A stretch of DNA of 63,110 nucleotides, filler included, from Nemertoderma westbladi (Eukaryota; Animalia; Xenacoelomorpha): assembly GCA_032718475.1 (NCBI GenBank). It is 3 parts of 3 records of this genome, joined end to end, with 100 filler letters (N's around TTAATTAATTAA, not from the genome) between each part and the next. Parts side by side here need not be neighbours in the genome. Positions count along the whole stretch, not along the records: positions 24,122 to 54,967 come from JAUCBJ010008011.1; 2 more parts are not named here. One strand, given 5' to 3'. This document shows, piece by piece, positions 26,260 to 40,600 of the stretch; the stretch's first letter is position 1; each line of letters starts with the position of its first letter. The position numbers and the translations under genes were made by a program. The notes below the pieces were generated by a model that had not been told where the DNA came from, made no database searches, and saw only the letters and a program-made list of their open reading frames with translations.

Positions 26260-26936
26260 TGTCAATGCTAAGGAGATGTTTGTTCAGGAATTTATTCGGC
26301 ATCCATTGCTGATAGACGAACATCAGTTTGATATCGGCGTCTATGTCCTAATAGCATCAGTTGATCCTCTACGTGTTTACGTCTACGAAGCTGAATGTCA
26401 GTGTCGGTTTGCTTTGTCTCCACACGAACCGCTAGACCCAAACGATATGTCAGTATGTCATACTTGGAGATAATTAAACACCATTTTTTTTTTGAGTGTG
26501 GGAAATGCCCTCATCCTCCGCATACATGGGAGAATATGAAGGTTTTGACAAAAAACGTAGACGCCTTTTGAATCAAATTTTAGCAGATTAGGTAGTGGAT
26601 GTCAATAGTATTTGGATGAAAATTTGCGAAATAATAGCTACGGTTGTTTCTAAAAGTTATACTAATATGATAACAAAAGCAGCAACACTTAAACTTTCCC
26701 CTCATCATTTCTTTGAGTTTACCAGATTTGACTTCAATATAGATGCTGAGCATAAAGTCTACCTTATGGAAGCTAATATGTCACCACATCTTTCTCCAGT
26801 ACCAAATGCAGAAAATTTTATCATGTATCACCAGATTTTACACCACGCCTTCAAGCTACTCCGATTAACTGTCTCCCAACTCAGTAAACATACACAAGAA
26901 AACTTTCAGTATGAGGTTCCAAAATATCCAGGATGA
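26260..26936 (+). pseudogene. Tubulin-tyrosine-ligase-like (ttll-15-like polyglutamylase) pseudogene fragment
   Basis: FVQEFIRHPLLIDEHQFDIGVYVLIASVDPLRVYVY and FFEFTRFDFNIDAEHKVYLMEANMSPHLS are TTL catalytic-domain motifs. The intervening YVILGDN*..WEMPS is broken by a stop and frameshifts. Confidence 0.82.
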
Positions 26937-28476
26937 AAATGGTTATCTCGGTTCATATATAATAAAATTCATTGTCATGAAATTTCTATATTTCTAAAGT
27001 TCTAAATTTCTTTGTAATTATCTTTACTACTTACATGTAAGAGTCTGTGGCCTCTTTTAGAGGGCGCTAGATTCAGTATTTATTGTTTGATTTAAGTCAG
27101 ATCTAATGTTGTCGATACGAATTTTGAGAGGCCCTCATGCCCCCTTGTTTTTTTAACTATCCTTGATAATGAAACTGTCTCTTTTGGCTAATTGTATTAA
27201 TTGCAATGAAAACAAATACCAGTAAATGTACAAATTGCCGAGTGAGTGTCAGTGAAAAATGTCTGTTATTCATCGTGGGGTTAAAAGGGAATAAAGCTAT
27301 TTGGTTTCATGTAGGCCTAATTAATAACTTTTTAAACCTCCCTCCCTTCTCTCGAAATCACTGAACCTCTGTGCAATATTTCCTCGTCGTTTGTGTATTG
27401 CATTGCTTCCGGTCGATCCTGTTCGTTGTTCGGTCGGGAGGTTTTCTCTATGTTGTCGTTTCGCTGTTATCCAACCTTCACGTCCTTCAAGGTTGCTCGC
27501 TTTTTCTCTACACACCACAATAGGAAATTTTTCTCAAATATACCTAAAATTGTGGAAATCCTCATCATCTTTGAGGTTCACTGGACTTTACATATACAAG
27601 GCACTGTAAACAGTTACTGTACACTTTATTTTATTACGTGGGGAAATGGTGTGGATAGGATTTTGAAACAGAGAGTCGTCATGTTTTAAGTACTTTAACA
27701 TTGTTCAGAAGGCCTACCGCACTCTGTCTTAATTTCTTTAAAATATTTTGATTAGAATAAAGTTTTAGGGAAATATAATTAACTAATTAATATGAAGTAC
27801 AAACGGTCAGTATCTATCTATATTAATTCGATACACCCCCAGGCGGGGTAAATGGAAACCAGTAAAATTTATGTACATATCTATCTATACAGTATCTATC
27901 TATACATAAGTATAATAATGGGGATTTTACAGGTAAGCTACAAGTAGTACAAGTAATTTCTCATCCTACAACTGACCGTATTATTTGAATAGAAAAAGTA
28001 ATTCATAAGATTAACAATCTTGATGTAGTATATTCATTTTAATTAATTTCATCCGCCACACTCGTTGTGTAAATGTAATTAAATAAAACGAACAATATCC
28101 TTGCTATTGGTGGGCGAAATGTAATTAAAAACCAATGAATAGATTCCCAAGCATCATTACATAGTCGTTGCTAATTACATTAATCAACTATCTTACTATT
28201 CAGATATTAGCACCTGAGCCTGAAAACCTTTTTAGAAAAAGATAGAACATTTTACACTGTTGGTAATTCTGCGCAGTTATACCTTTTAACAAACCATAGA
28301 CATACCACTGTTGTTGTAAGGGATTGCACATGTTACTCTTACACTATTCTGGAGTTACAGTTAGCACCAACATTGTTAGCCGAGTGATGCACCCATTTCT
28401 CATTTTAGCCAAGATGATTTGGAAAAACAACGCCTATCATTCTAAGACACATTCAGTCACTGAATTCTCATTCAAA

Positions 28477-29286
28477 TACGTATTCGTATACGTATACGTA
28501 TTCGTATACGTATTCATATATGAATTCGTATACGTATTCATATACGTATTCGTATACGTATTCATATACGTATTCGTATACGTATTAATATACGTATTCG
28601 TATACGTATTAATATACGTATTCGTATACGTATTCATATACGTTTTCATATACGTATTCATATACGTATTCGTATACGTATTCGTATACGTATTCATATA
28701 CGTATTCGTATACGTATTCATATACGTATTCGTATACGTATTCATATACGTATTCGTATACTATTAATATACGTATTCGTATACGTATACGTATTCATAT
28801 ACGTATTCATATACGTATTCATATACGTATTCGTATACGTATTCGTATACGTATTCATATACGTATTCATATACGTATTAATATACGTATTCGTATACGT
28901 ATTCATATACGTATTCATATACGTATTCATATACGTATTCATATACGTATACGTATTCGTATTCATTTACGTATTCATATACGTATTCATATACGTATAC
29001 GTATTAATATACGTATTCGTATACGTATTCATATACGTATTCATATACGTATTCATATACGTATACGTATTCGTATTCGTATTCATTTACGTATTCATAT
29101 ACGTATTCATATACGTATTCGTATACGTATTCATATACGTATTCATATACGTATTCATATACGTATTCATATACGTTCGTATTCGTATTCATTTACGTAT
29201 ACGTATTCGTATTCATATACGTATTCATATACGTATTCGTATACGTATTCGTATACGTATTCGTATACGTATTCGTATACGTATTC
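28477..29286. repeat. 12-bp minisatellite (TACGTATTC[A/G]TA)n built from 6-bp subunits
   Basis: Direct periodicity; generates spurious YVFIYVF and MNTYTN ORFs. Confidence 0.97.
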
Positions 29287-29534
29287 TGAGAGAATTTACA
29301 GAGTGAGTGAAAAAAAAAATCTTTTTATTGTAATGAAATACTCCAGTTGAAAAAATCGAAATTATTGAGCACATAAATGAACAAACATGGATGTTTTATT
29401 AAATATTAAACGGACTTAGCTATATACAATTAATGTTTAATGTTGTACAAGTTAGGAAGACTAAATTGCTAGATAGAATGACCTTAATAAATTTACAATT
29501 TTCCCTGTGGCCAATTTATTGTTTGGTGGATAAT

Positions 29535-29762
29535 TGGGGGCAATTGTCCGTGGGCAATAATCCGGGGAGCTATTGTCCGCGGGGCAATTGTCCGCGGGGC
29601 AATTGTCCGCGGGGCAATTGTCCGCGGGGCAATTGTCCGCGGGGCAATTGTCCGCGGGGCAATTGTCCCGGGGCAATTGTCCGCGGGGCAATTGTCCGTG
29701 GGGCAATTGTCCGCGGGGCAATTGTCCGGGGGCTTCTCCGGGGGGCAATTGTCCTAGGGGGT
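29535..29762. repeat. 15-bp array (GGGGCAATTGTCCGC)n
   Basis: About 14 copies; reverse complement of the family at 61499-62120. Confidence 0.95.
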
Positions 29763-30085
29763 CATGAGCTAATCATCATCAAAATCAAACTTCAGATTGC
29801 CACAATTTCCACTGCCTCCACTTGATCCAGCTAATGAATAGATATCGCATTGTGATAAGATAGCAGAAGAATTAAACTGCTGACGTAGAGCTCGAGGTCT
29901 CCTATTCCGGAAATTAATCAACCAATTATGGTGAAGAACTTCAATTTATTTTGAATGGGTGATAAAGTCCTCGAGGTACCAATTCGTACCACCATTAGTA
30001 GAAACCGTCGGATGATCCAACGTGTTGACCCAAAACATGCCCATTTTTATGATCAACGTTGGGCCCATTCAATGGTTCCCACTCA

Positions 30086-30488
30086 AGTGGGTGTCTGGGA
30101 TCCACAAGGGGGTGTAGGTGTGTGGGTGTCTGGGATCCACAAGGGGGTGTAGGTGTGTGGGTGTCTGGGATCCACAAGGGGGTGTAGGTGTGTGCGTGTC
30201 TGGGATCCACAATGGGGTGTAGGTGTCTGGGTGTCTGGGATCCACAAGGGGGTGTAGGTGTGTGGGTGTCTGGGATCCACAAGGGGGTGTATGTGTTTGG
30301 GTGTCTGGGATCCACAAGGGGGTGTAGGTGTGTGGGTGTCTGGGATCCACAAGGGGGTGTAGGTGTGTGGGTGTCTGGGATCCACAAGGGGGTGTAGGTG
30401 TGTGGGTGCCTGGGATCCACAAGGGGGTGTAGGTGTGTGGGTGTAGGTGTGTGGGTGTCTGGGATCCACAAGGGGTGTAGGTGTGTGG
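30086..30488. repeat. 35-bp minisatellite (TGTGGGTGTCTGGGATCCACAAGGGGGTGTAGGTG)n, ~11 copies
   Basis: Period 35 (30121 and 30156); unrelated in sequence to the 15.6-19-kb satellite. Confidence 0.96.
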
Positions 30489-31760
30489 CCTACCGTATAC
30501 AACCCAACTCTTATAACCGAATATGATATCCCATCATTTGTTCAGTAATGTAGGCCTACTCAGTACTGGTCGAATCAATGTCGTATTAATTAAGTGTCTT
30601 CATTGAATTTACAGTATCAATTATTATATATATATATATATAAATATTACTTGAAATTGAAAGTGAGAAAGATGGATGTGGATAGAGAGCTGACGGAATG
30701 TGGGCAGGACATTGTGCCTTATAGTGGACAAGCCAATGGGGAAAGTTGATTTAATTATATGTTACATCCATTGTGAAGAATAAAAGCAATTATTGCCGAT
30801 TTTCAAGATTACTTTGCTGAGCTGAAGTTGTAATTGTACGTGTTCATAACTGAAAACGGTACATCCGTTCATTAATTAGTGATAACAGGGATAATAAGTA
30901 GCTTTATAACAGACATTACGTGATGTTTCATACTAATTCAATTATAGGAATAGATCCTAAAAACATAGATAATATCACTGAATGAAACGTTCCGCAACCC
31001 TGGAGGCTGTATGTAGCTGCAGAAAATATTTACCGCGCCATAATAAATGCAAACACATGTTGCACAACTTCTCGTAGTAAATTGGATTTTCGTTGTAAAT
31101 CAAATTTATTTATGCCCAAAGTCTATAGTCTGGAACACAAATAATTATAATTGAATGTACTCCATTCCTTTTAATTTCATTTCACCAGAAATCTATTCAC
31201 CACCATCTTGGGTGATTATCCACAGTAAACCTTCCATTCTACAGTAGTTAGTTACCTTGGTTGTTCCATTGGTTTAACCAAATAAATTATGTAATCTTCT
31301 ATTATAGGTCATCAATTATTATAAATAGTAAAATTATTTATTAATACAAATGCAGTGTATTATTGTGTCTCGGAAATTCTAAATAAACACCCATTAAAGC
31401 ACATTGAAATCTAAGTATAAGTATATTATTATGATTATATTCACGTTTCTATTATTTTTTTTGTGTTCGTAATTACATGCCTTTGTAGCTCTGATATGAT
31501 ACCAAGGTGTATATTGTTTGTTTATTAAAGATAACTGTATGTTTACGATAAAAAACAACAATATCTTTATAATATGCAAACACAAACCATAGTACAGTTA
31601 GAGTATAAGACAATACTGTATATAGATACCGAAGTTTTGTATTTGAAAATATAACATAATATTAGAAAGCAATTAATATAAAGTAGTAGGTCAAATTAAC
31701 TGCATTTCTCTAACGAAATTATATATTTGAATGGGAGAATCTTTTAGGCTCGTTAAGCCA

Positions 31761-33339
31761 AGGAATGCCTGTTCACCACCATGGGTGATCTTCCACAGTA
31801 AACCCTTCCACTCTGTTTCCTAAAGGAATGCCTGTTCACCACCATGGGTGATCTTCCACAGTAAACCCTTCCATTCTGTGTCCTAAAGGAATACCTGTTC
31901 ACCACCATATGGGTGATCTTCCACAGTAAACCATTCCACTCTGTTTCCTAAAGGAATTCCTGTTCACCACCATAGGTGATCTTCCACAGTAAACAATTCC
32001 ACTCTGTTTCCTAAAGGAATGCCTGTTCACCACCATGAGTGATCTTCCACAGTAAACCCTTCTACTCTGTTTCCCAAAGGAATGCCTGTTCACCACCATG
32101 GGTGATCTTCCACAGTAAACCCTTCTACTCTGTTTCCCAAAGGAATGCCTGTTCACCACCATGGGTGATCTTCCACAGTAAACCCTTCCACTCTGTTTCC
32201 TAAAGGAATGCCTGTTCACCACCATGGGTGATCTTCCACAGTAAACCCTTCCACTCTGTTTCCTAAAGGAATACCTGTTCACCACCATATGGGTGATCTT
32301 CCACAGTAAACCCTTCCACTCTGTTTCCTAAAGGAATTCCTGTTCATCACCATGGCTGATCTTCCACAGTAAACCCTTCCACTCTGTTTCCTAAAGGAAT
32401 GCCTGTTCACCACCATGAGTGATCTTCCACAGTAAACCCTTCTACTCTGTTTCCCAAAGGAATGCCTGTTCACCACCATGGGTGATCTTCCACAGTAAAC
32501 CCTTCCACTCTGTTTCCTAAAGGAATACCTGTTCACCACCATATGGGTGATCTTCCACAGTAAACCCTTCCACTCTGTTTCCTAAAGGAATGCCTGTTCA
32601 CCACCATGAGTGATCTTCCACAGTAAACCCTTCTACTCTGTTTCCCAAAGGAATGCCTGTTCACCACCATGGGTGATCTTCCACAGTAAACCCTTCTACT
32701 CTGTTTCCCAAAGGAATGCCTGTTCACCACCATGGGTGATCTTCCACAGTAAACCCTTCCACTCTGTTTCCTAAAGGAATGCCTGTTCACCACCATGGGT
32801 GATCTTCCACAGTAAACCCTTCCATTCTGTGTCCTAAAGGAATACCTGTTCACCACCATATGGGTGATCTTCCACAGTAAACCATTCCACTCTGTTTCCT
32901 AAAGGAATTCCTGTTCATCACCATGGCTGATCTTCCACAGTAAACCCTTCCACTCTGTTTCCTAAAGGAATGCCTGTTCACCACCATGAGTGATCTTCCA
33001 CAGTAAACCCTTCCACTCTGTTTCCTAAAGGAATGCCTGTTCACCACCATGGGTGATCTTCCACAGTAAACCCTTCCATTCTGTGTCCTAAAGGAATACC
33101 TGTTCACCACCATATGGGTGATCTTCCACAGTAAACCCTTCCACTCTGTTTCCTAGAGGAATGCCTGTTCACCGCCATGGGTGATCTTCCACAGTAAACC
33201 ATTCCACTCTGTTTCCTAAAGGAATTCCTGTTCATCACCATGGCTGATCTTCCACAGTAAACCCTTCCACTCTGTTTTCTAAAGGAATGCCTGTTCACCA
33301 CCATGGGTGATCTTCCACAGTAAACCCTTCCACTCTGTT
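31761..33339. repeat. 63-bp satellite (~25 copies; 65-bp variants every 4-6 units), resuming at 45298-45371
   Basis: Unit AGGAATGCCTGTTCACCACCATGGGTGATCTTCCACAGTAAACCCTTCCACTCTGTTTCCTAA; continues in register after the LTR element. Confidence 0.97.
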
Positions 33340-34596
33340 TGTTCGCGCTTTCAGACCTTTGGCAGTTTAACCCGCCAAATTAGGATGTCTTCTAGATAAT
33401 AAATCGCTTTAGCCTCTAACAAGTATTTGATTCACTACACTAGTTGAAACCAATCTGTGCGCGATCATTCACCCGTTGGATATACCCGGGAGATTGATTT
33501 CGACAGCTTAATCTTATTGCTATGTAAGCCTAATGTATTATTCGACTGACAGTATTATATAATCTCTGACAATATTATTCACCTTCGGGAAATATTAACA
33601 GTTCCTTTAGGACGTGGCGCTCTATCTATATAAACAGAGTTATGACTTAAACTACTCACAACGATATGGCTTAGTTACAATTCACATATATGGCGCATTC
33701 TTTAGGAAATGCTTCGTTATCAGTCTCACTCATACACAATGCTGCACAATACTGCACACTGATCTGCCGATCTTCACTGATTTTAGTCACATATAAAAGG
33801 AACACGGACCGAATCATGTAGGGTCTATCAAATAACATTAGATTCACTTCAAACCACTTAACATAGGTCGCAATCATTTATCTGTAACCTTTCTCTCTTA
33901 CCTTCGGTATATCAAGAATATTGGGTTTTCGGGGTTATTTGTCGTTATTCCAAATATAATAATTCATCAACCATATTATGAAGAACTGACAGTAAATAGC
34001 AGTATAACAATATAAAGTATGCACAGTGTTACACAGTATGCAGTGTATGCAGTACTGCAGTATGCAGTATGCAGTATGCAGATAACGGATATATGTCCTT
34101 ATAATTAAGCCTACTAGTGTAGGGCTAAAGCAGAAAAGCACAAAATACTCCAAAGCCGTTCTTCCTGGCTTAGAATCACCAACAACACTGAAAAGAATAA
34201 CTATAAGAATACCAGCTACCCTTATTCCACGAAGCTCCCGTCCAACACAGAGAAAGAGCAGTGAGATAGGAAAATTCAGTTCAGTAGCTCTGTGATAGGT
34301 CAAAATCAAAGCCAACTCAAATCCTATTGGCAGATACAGAAAGCAGGGCTATGGGGCAACGTGGCAATATCAGCCGTTAGCCGTCGTCATGGTAGCGACA
34401 CTGTTTTCAAGAGTATCGAGCTTTTTACGTCACGAAATTACAGATTATGTTCTCTAAAGTACAAATACAGAAGAAATGGCTTTTATGTCCTCCAAAACAC
34501 CAGTACAGCAAGGACACGGCCTTTTTATGCCTGGTAAACCAACCACAGAGTACTTTACGGGGATAATAACCGGCTAATTACGCAAAAGCTTTTACA
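33340..34596 (-). repeat. 3' LTR
   Basis: TGTTCGCGC...TTTTACA; near-identical to 44041-45297. Confidence 0.97.
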
Positions 34597-37500
34597 CCGC
34601 TCCCAGAAAATGGGATTTAAGTCTATAAAATATAACAAATCACAGTTTCTAAAATATAAAGATACTCTAAACAGTTAGTCTTTCTTGCGCGGACGGCGTT
34701 TACGCAGTTTTTTAAAGTTAGCCAGAGTCTTTTTCTCTTTGGGGGGAGCCACTTTACTAGGAGGGCCATAACTCCTGGGTGAAGGGTGCAATATGATTGC
34801 ATTAGAAGGTTTGGGTTTACGGTCGGTGTCTCGTCCATTTCGATATGCTTCTCCTCGAGCTGATTTTCCTCCGCTTATCATGGGATACGTTCGTCCAAAA
34901 CTCTCGCAGAGAATAGGGTTTTCTAAGCTTGATATCTTCTTAGAGATTCGAGATTTCCCAATCGAACTGAGATAAGGCCAATTCGTTTATCGATTGGACT
35001 TACTGTTATAACTTACGTTTATCTGAACAAACGCAGGTTTCTTTTTTGATCTTTATAGAATAGCGTTTAACTCGTTTCGTACAACGCTCTCCTTCACCTT
35101 GATGAGGGGTTGTATCGCGTTAAACGGGGACGACCATACGGTTGGATAGTGATATTAGGTGTCCGCGTCACAATCCGGCTAGGTAAGATGGGCGGCTAGC
35201 TAGAAATCACTGTCGGAGTGTTACCGATTAATTGTTAGGGTAGCACTAGATCTTGAACAGTGAATACAGTCCACGAGGATCCGCGACACCACCAGGATCG
35301 CAGGTCTGAGGTCCAACTAAGGAATGAGGAGGTTTGACCGAGTATTCCGGGACTCTGATCGTAGGTTTACTCCCGGATCGTTCGAGCCGAGTGAGCATAG
35401 GTGATACGTCAACAAGTTTCGGTTTCCGTGGATGTTTATGTCTTTCCGTTTATTAGTTGGGTCTAGGGCATTTATCATAATAATACCAAAGACGCACGTC
35501 TGGTAAGGTAAACGCGGGTGATATTTATTTGTTGTTACAATGCTTCTATCAAGAATTCCAAATATACGTTGGAGTTACCGCGTCCATTTGTTTCTTTAGT
35601 GTCTTTTCTTTCGAGTCGATTTCGAATAGAATTTTCGCATTCGAATTTCAGTTTATGGTTCCGACTCCGCTGGGCAGGATATATAGTCGACATAGTCCGT
35701 ATTGTGTAAATCGATAGGATGATCAGTAGTTAAGAAGCCCATATACGTACCATTACGCTGCGTATATCGAGCAGCGAATTTTCTATAGTCCAACTCGCGC
35801 GAGCTGCTCTTGGGACATTGGCGGTTCGATATAACGACCATCGTCCTCCGCAGCAGTTGGGCTAACGTCGCCGCATATTAAGCTATCAACAAACGCTTGT
35901 AAAAGTAGAGTATATCGCTCCCCGATACCAAGACCATCTTCTATCAACTCCGTCATATCTGCTATATATGAGTTTATCCATATTATAATGAGTTTATATT
36001 TAGGCGAGCGGGCGTCGCTGCCTACCCCAATCAACCCCCGGACAGTACGAGATCCTCAGCGCCGATGTGTCGTCGCCGCTGTACTTTCGCCAACGACGTA
36101 GCCGCACAACGACAACGACAACCGGCACAAGTCACTCAACTGTCCGTCCCAAAGGCTTAGATGTACTTCAGGTTTTCCTTGGAGAGTTAGGTTACTTTTA
36201 CGATTGCGACTAGCTACTGTAAACACACCTTAGCAGTAACATTCACCTATAAACTCACAAATACCACACAACTGGTCACAACTACGCACATTCGGGCCAT
36301 TTGTCCGTTAGTCAATGCCTTCCAGAATGTCACTGTATTATTATGTATCCTTGGATACTAGTAGTGCGCTATTTATTCCCTATGCTATTCAATGGGACAA
36401 GCTTTCTATTGTTCTTTTAACTCAATTCTAATTCTAGCGTGGTTGTTGCTATGGTGACATTATGCAAAGCTAGCGGTAGAATTAGGGTAATTCCAATGCA
36501 TACAGATCTGGGATGTTATTTAATAGTATTCTTTAATAGTCAATGTTCTGTTTTATACATGACTTTATGAATTTTATCGGCTATTGACTATGTTTGGGAG
36601 ACTTCGCACACTCATACTCATAATAAGATAAATCTCCGCTCCCTTGATCTATTAATTAATGGAAATTTTGGGAATGTTATAAATTGCGTAAAAATGGCAA
36701 TTTATTAAATTCATTAAAAGGCATGAATTTAAATTATTCCCTGAAATTTTATTATTTGATAATTAAATGGACATGTTTTGATTCTAGAACATGGCTGGGG
36801 ACACAAGATCCTTAATTCTATGACAATTGTCTTTTTAAGAATATCGGTAAATGCTACGATATCTTAATTGACTAGAATTGCTGAAGGATCTGAATTTTAC
36901 AGATTTTGATTTATTAGATTTGCAAATATTAAATAATTAATATTTGAGATGGGCACCGATTTATTCCAGAACTTGTCTGGGGACGTTAACCACTGATTCT
37001 AGAATTTGTCTTTCAAGTATATCGGTGGGTGCCGCGATATCTTAATCGACTAGAATTACAGATGGTCAAAGGGTTTAACAGATTTATTTTGCGTTATACG
37101 CTACTGTTAAAGGGACATCACGCTACTATATGTATTATTTAATATACGGTATGAGAGCAATATCGCACGAAGCAATGTCAGTGTGAAGAGGCAAGTCGTT
37201 TCCAAGGTCTACCCAGAGCTTGGTTTAGCCGAGACACGAGGATCTGAACTTTGCATTCCTAATACTCTGCCTACCAATAATACTTGAATATAGTAGTGGC
37301 TTTATTGTACTTTAATAAGTACGGACATTTCATCTTACTGTAGTTACGTATTTGTAATGTAATACGGACAGTAAGGAAGAAGGAAAAGAATTATTTCTTG
37401 CCGTCGCACTAAATATAATATATACGTAATTACGTACGCAATAAACACGAATATATTGCACTATTCAACTAAATAATCGCTAAATAAGATTCTACTAAAT

Positions 37501-37603
37501 TAAATAAAACGATTATAATAAAATTACGTAGTAATACATACATAAATATAAAAATAATAAAATAATATAAAATAATAGAGTCACACACCCACTCCATATG
37601 TTG

Positions 37604-40600
37604 TTACGTTATGGAGTCCCTAGATGTTTGAAGGATTAGGGAGGTGGTCGTGGGAAGAGAATCTTGCCTTCCACAGTTTCCGGAGAGTCCTCCATTCCCT
37701 TCCGGTAAACACAAACGACCAGCTGGGCGATTGAGTCGCTGCATCCCGAATACAATTCCAGGTTTCCTCTTCGTCCTGGAATAGTGACGATAGAAACATC
37801 GCTCTAGGTACACGACGGCCTTACAAAGCCGATTCCAGGAGCTATAGTGGTCCGTCGCTCCCTGCAGGAGAGGTGAGAGTCCCTGCGAGACGTCTGATGT
37901 TCCAGAGCTCCAATCGCTCTCTCTGATTTTCATGAAGGATCCACTCGCGGTGGGGAGGTCCAGATCCACGGCGTCGTCCCTGGCAATATGTAATACCGAC
38001 AGATCTATCCCGGGTTCAAATAACTCCGATCCACCCGTCCGGGTTTTAGGTTTGACTTTCTCCGCTCCCTTGGCTGGTCTAATCTCAGTCGGAGTAAGAT
38101 GGGGAGGCCATTCATCCTCCTTACTCAGGAAGTCGGGTTCACCTAACCGGTCTGTAGTATCTGTCAGTTCTTGAGGAGTTGCTCCTCTGGAAGCGATGTC
38201 GGCTATATTCATCGTCTTGGGGCAATATCTCCATTGATCTACATTGGAGTTAAGATTGTCATTATCTGAGGAGTGTGGTGTTCCCTCAGTTGGGTCGTCT
38301 CCCTCACTAGTATCGTCTTCCCATTCACTCACCTGGCAGACGCGATCTTGAAGCAGTCTTTCCCTGAGCGTTCTACGGGAAGGTCCAGTAAGGTACCAAC
38401 CTACTCTAGTTCTTACCGCATAGGTCTGAAGTGGTTGCGGTTGAGTAGGTCGTTTCTCTAATGTCTCCAGCGCCTCATGCGCGTTTTGGCCGATGAGTAT
38501 TTGCACTCCAGGATAATCAGTCTGGAATCGAGGTATCTTAAGATGTTGGATGCTCTCATCCTCGTCCCAATTATAAAGGTCTGCTTGAGTAGTAGCGAAG
38601 TTCTTTATTGCCACCATTTTGACTGACCTTATACTGTGTTCTCCTAGTTTATCCTGTGGAGTGGACAACTCACCTATATAATAGTCGGCAGCCACAGCAG
38701 ATTTCCAAACCTGCATGATCCCTGACATGTTTAGCTTGGTTCGGAACTTGGGTTGTCCAGCAAAGATGTCTTCGGCTAGTTCTTTATCGATGAATGTTCC
38801 TGTGCTGCCGGAGTCCAGGAGGGCGTTCACTATATAGCTCTTCTGAGGTCCGTGGACCCGTAACTGGACTACAGGAAATTCTCGGATCCCTATAGTGGAA
38901 GTTGGCGCTTTCCAAGATGGTTGTTGATCGGAAGTAGTTAAGGTAAGGTCGCTGTCTGTATCTTTTTCATGAGTGAGTGCTCGATACACTGCGGTATTTA
39001 TCATGTAACAGGATTCGTTTTCGTCGGAGAACTCGTCCGTATAGAATCCTTCCATCTCAGATTGATCAGTGTCGTTCACATCACTGAATTGGACATGTAG
39101 TTCGGACTCACTTACCTGACTCGGGCTGTTTCGTTCGAATTCCGTGTGCAACAAGATATGATGTTTTGCGCCGCACTTTGCACACCTTGCGTCGGAGTAA
39201 CAGGTTCGCCGTTGGTGTCCTCGTCTGAGGCAATTATAACACAACCGCTTATCCCACATGACTTCACGTCTATCCTTTAGTGATTTCCTCAGGAATTTAT
39301 CACACGCATTTAAACAGTGGGGCCCGTCGCACAGCACACATTTCGGCTTGATGTTACTTACTTTAACCTGTGCTATGTGGTGCACACTTGTTCTTTCCTC
39401 GGGCTTTCTCACCTGAATTCTTTTAGGAGACGTAGGAAGGGTTTTTTGTACCGGTTCCCTTCTGTCATTGGGTCGAGACTCGGATTTACTTACCTGATCT
39501 TTAGGCATTTTATTGACATAATAAGATCTGTCAGTGTCTTTCCCGCTGTCCTCTCCTTGAGAAGTTTGGCTTTCACCGTCGTTGGTATAACATACTGGTG
39601 TTACCCTTCTCCTAGAAACGGGTTTCTCACTTACCTTACTTTCCGCTGTCTTCTCTCTGGACTGCTTTATGAGCTGTAATTTCACCTCGCTATCCAAGAA
39701 TGACATGAGATCAGCCATGGTAGGGTCTCGTTGTTGTTGTTCCATCATATATAACACCTTCTTGTCCCAGCGTGTACCTACTCCACCCTTGGGCAAAGTA
39801 GATGCTAAGGCTCCTACAACCATAGAATTCTGGTATTCATGAGACTTACCTAACCAATCTAGTTGTCTACAGATCTCCTGAATCTCATCGGAAAACTCTA
39901 TAATCCCGCTGCTAAGAAACTTTTGGGGCGCCATTAATTTCGCATATAAATACCTAGCTATGTTAGTCCTATTACCATACCTGATGTTTAGTGTATCCCA
40001 AACTTGTCTTAATCCATCTGGATGTCCAATAAATTTTAACGCCATTGACTTGGGAGATCCTTCCAAGCACTCGATGAGGTATCTAAGTTTTTCTCCATTA
40101 GATAGTACAGAGTTCTGTATGTTATCTTTGTAATATTCATTAAAAGGTAACCATTTCATCTCATCTCCATTGAACTTGACGATCTCTCCCACCTTTACCG
40201 CTTGCCGGGCTTCGGTTCTAGCCATTTGACGCGTAAAACTTTCTTGGGCCATCGTGTTATTTAATATCGAGTTATCGGTATATAAATTTCTCGGATTATG
40301 ATCAGTTCTATAGGGAATGTCATTATCAACAGGTCTATAATTACCCTTAATAGGGTTCACTATAGGAGTTACTACTTCGCTAGCAGTATAGATGCGTGTA
40401 GGCTCCACACCTTGCGCATGCGATACTTCAGACCTAACAGGTTGACACATTGTTACAGAGGGTGGTGGTATACCCTTTTGAGTATTTACTAATTTATCGC
40501 GTTCTAGCGCGATACTTTGCTGCACTTCTTGCAACTCTAGCCTACTTTCCCTTACTGTGCCCTTGAATTGCTGGACAGTCTCCTGCATCTGCCCGAGCAG

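Noticed and set aside
27321-27689. Cluster of short overlapping ORFs
   Set aside because: No recognisable motif or consistent frame; cannot be supported as a gene.
28324-29192. Hydrophobic YVFIYVF and MNTY repeat proteins
   Set aside because: Translations of a stop-free 12-bp minisatellite on both strands.
29433-29825. Cys-rich GNCPR-repeat ORFs (also 49845-50113 and 61445-62129)
   Set aside because: Open in several frames on both strands because of 15-bp DNA repeats; no signal peptide or processing sites, unlike the 50959 gene.
31899-33304. Repeated MVVNRHSFRKQSGRVYCGRSP peptide ORFs
   Set aside because: By-product of the 63-bp unit; the frame is broken by every 65-bp variant.
33614-34537. 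ORFs inside the LTRs (duplicated at 44315-45238)
   Set aside because: No motifs; their duplication simply reflects LTR identity.
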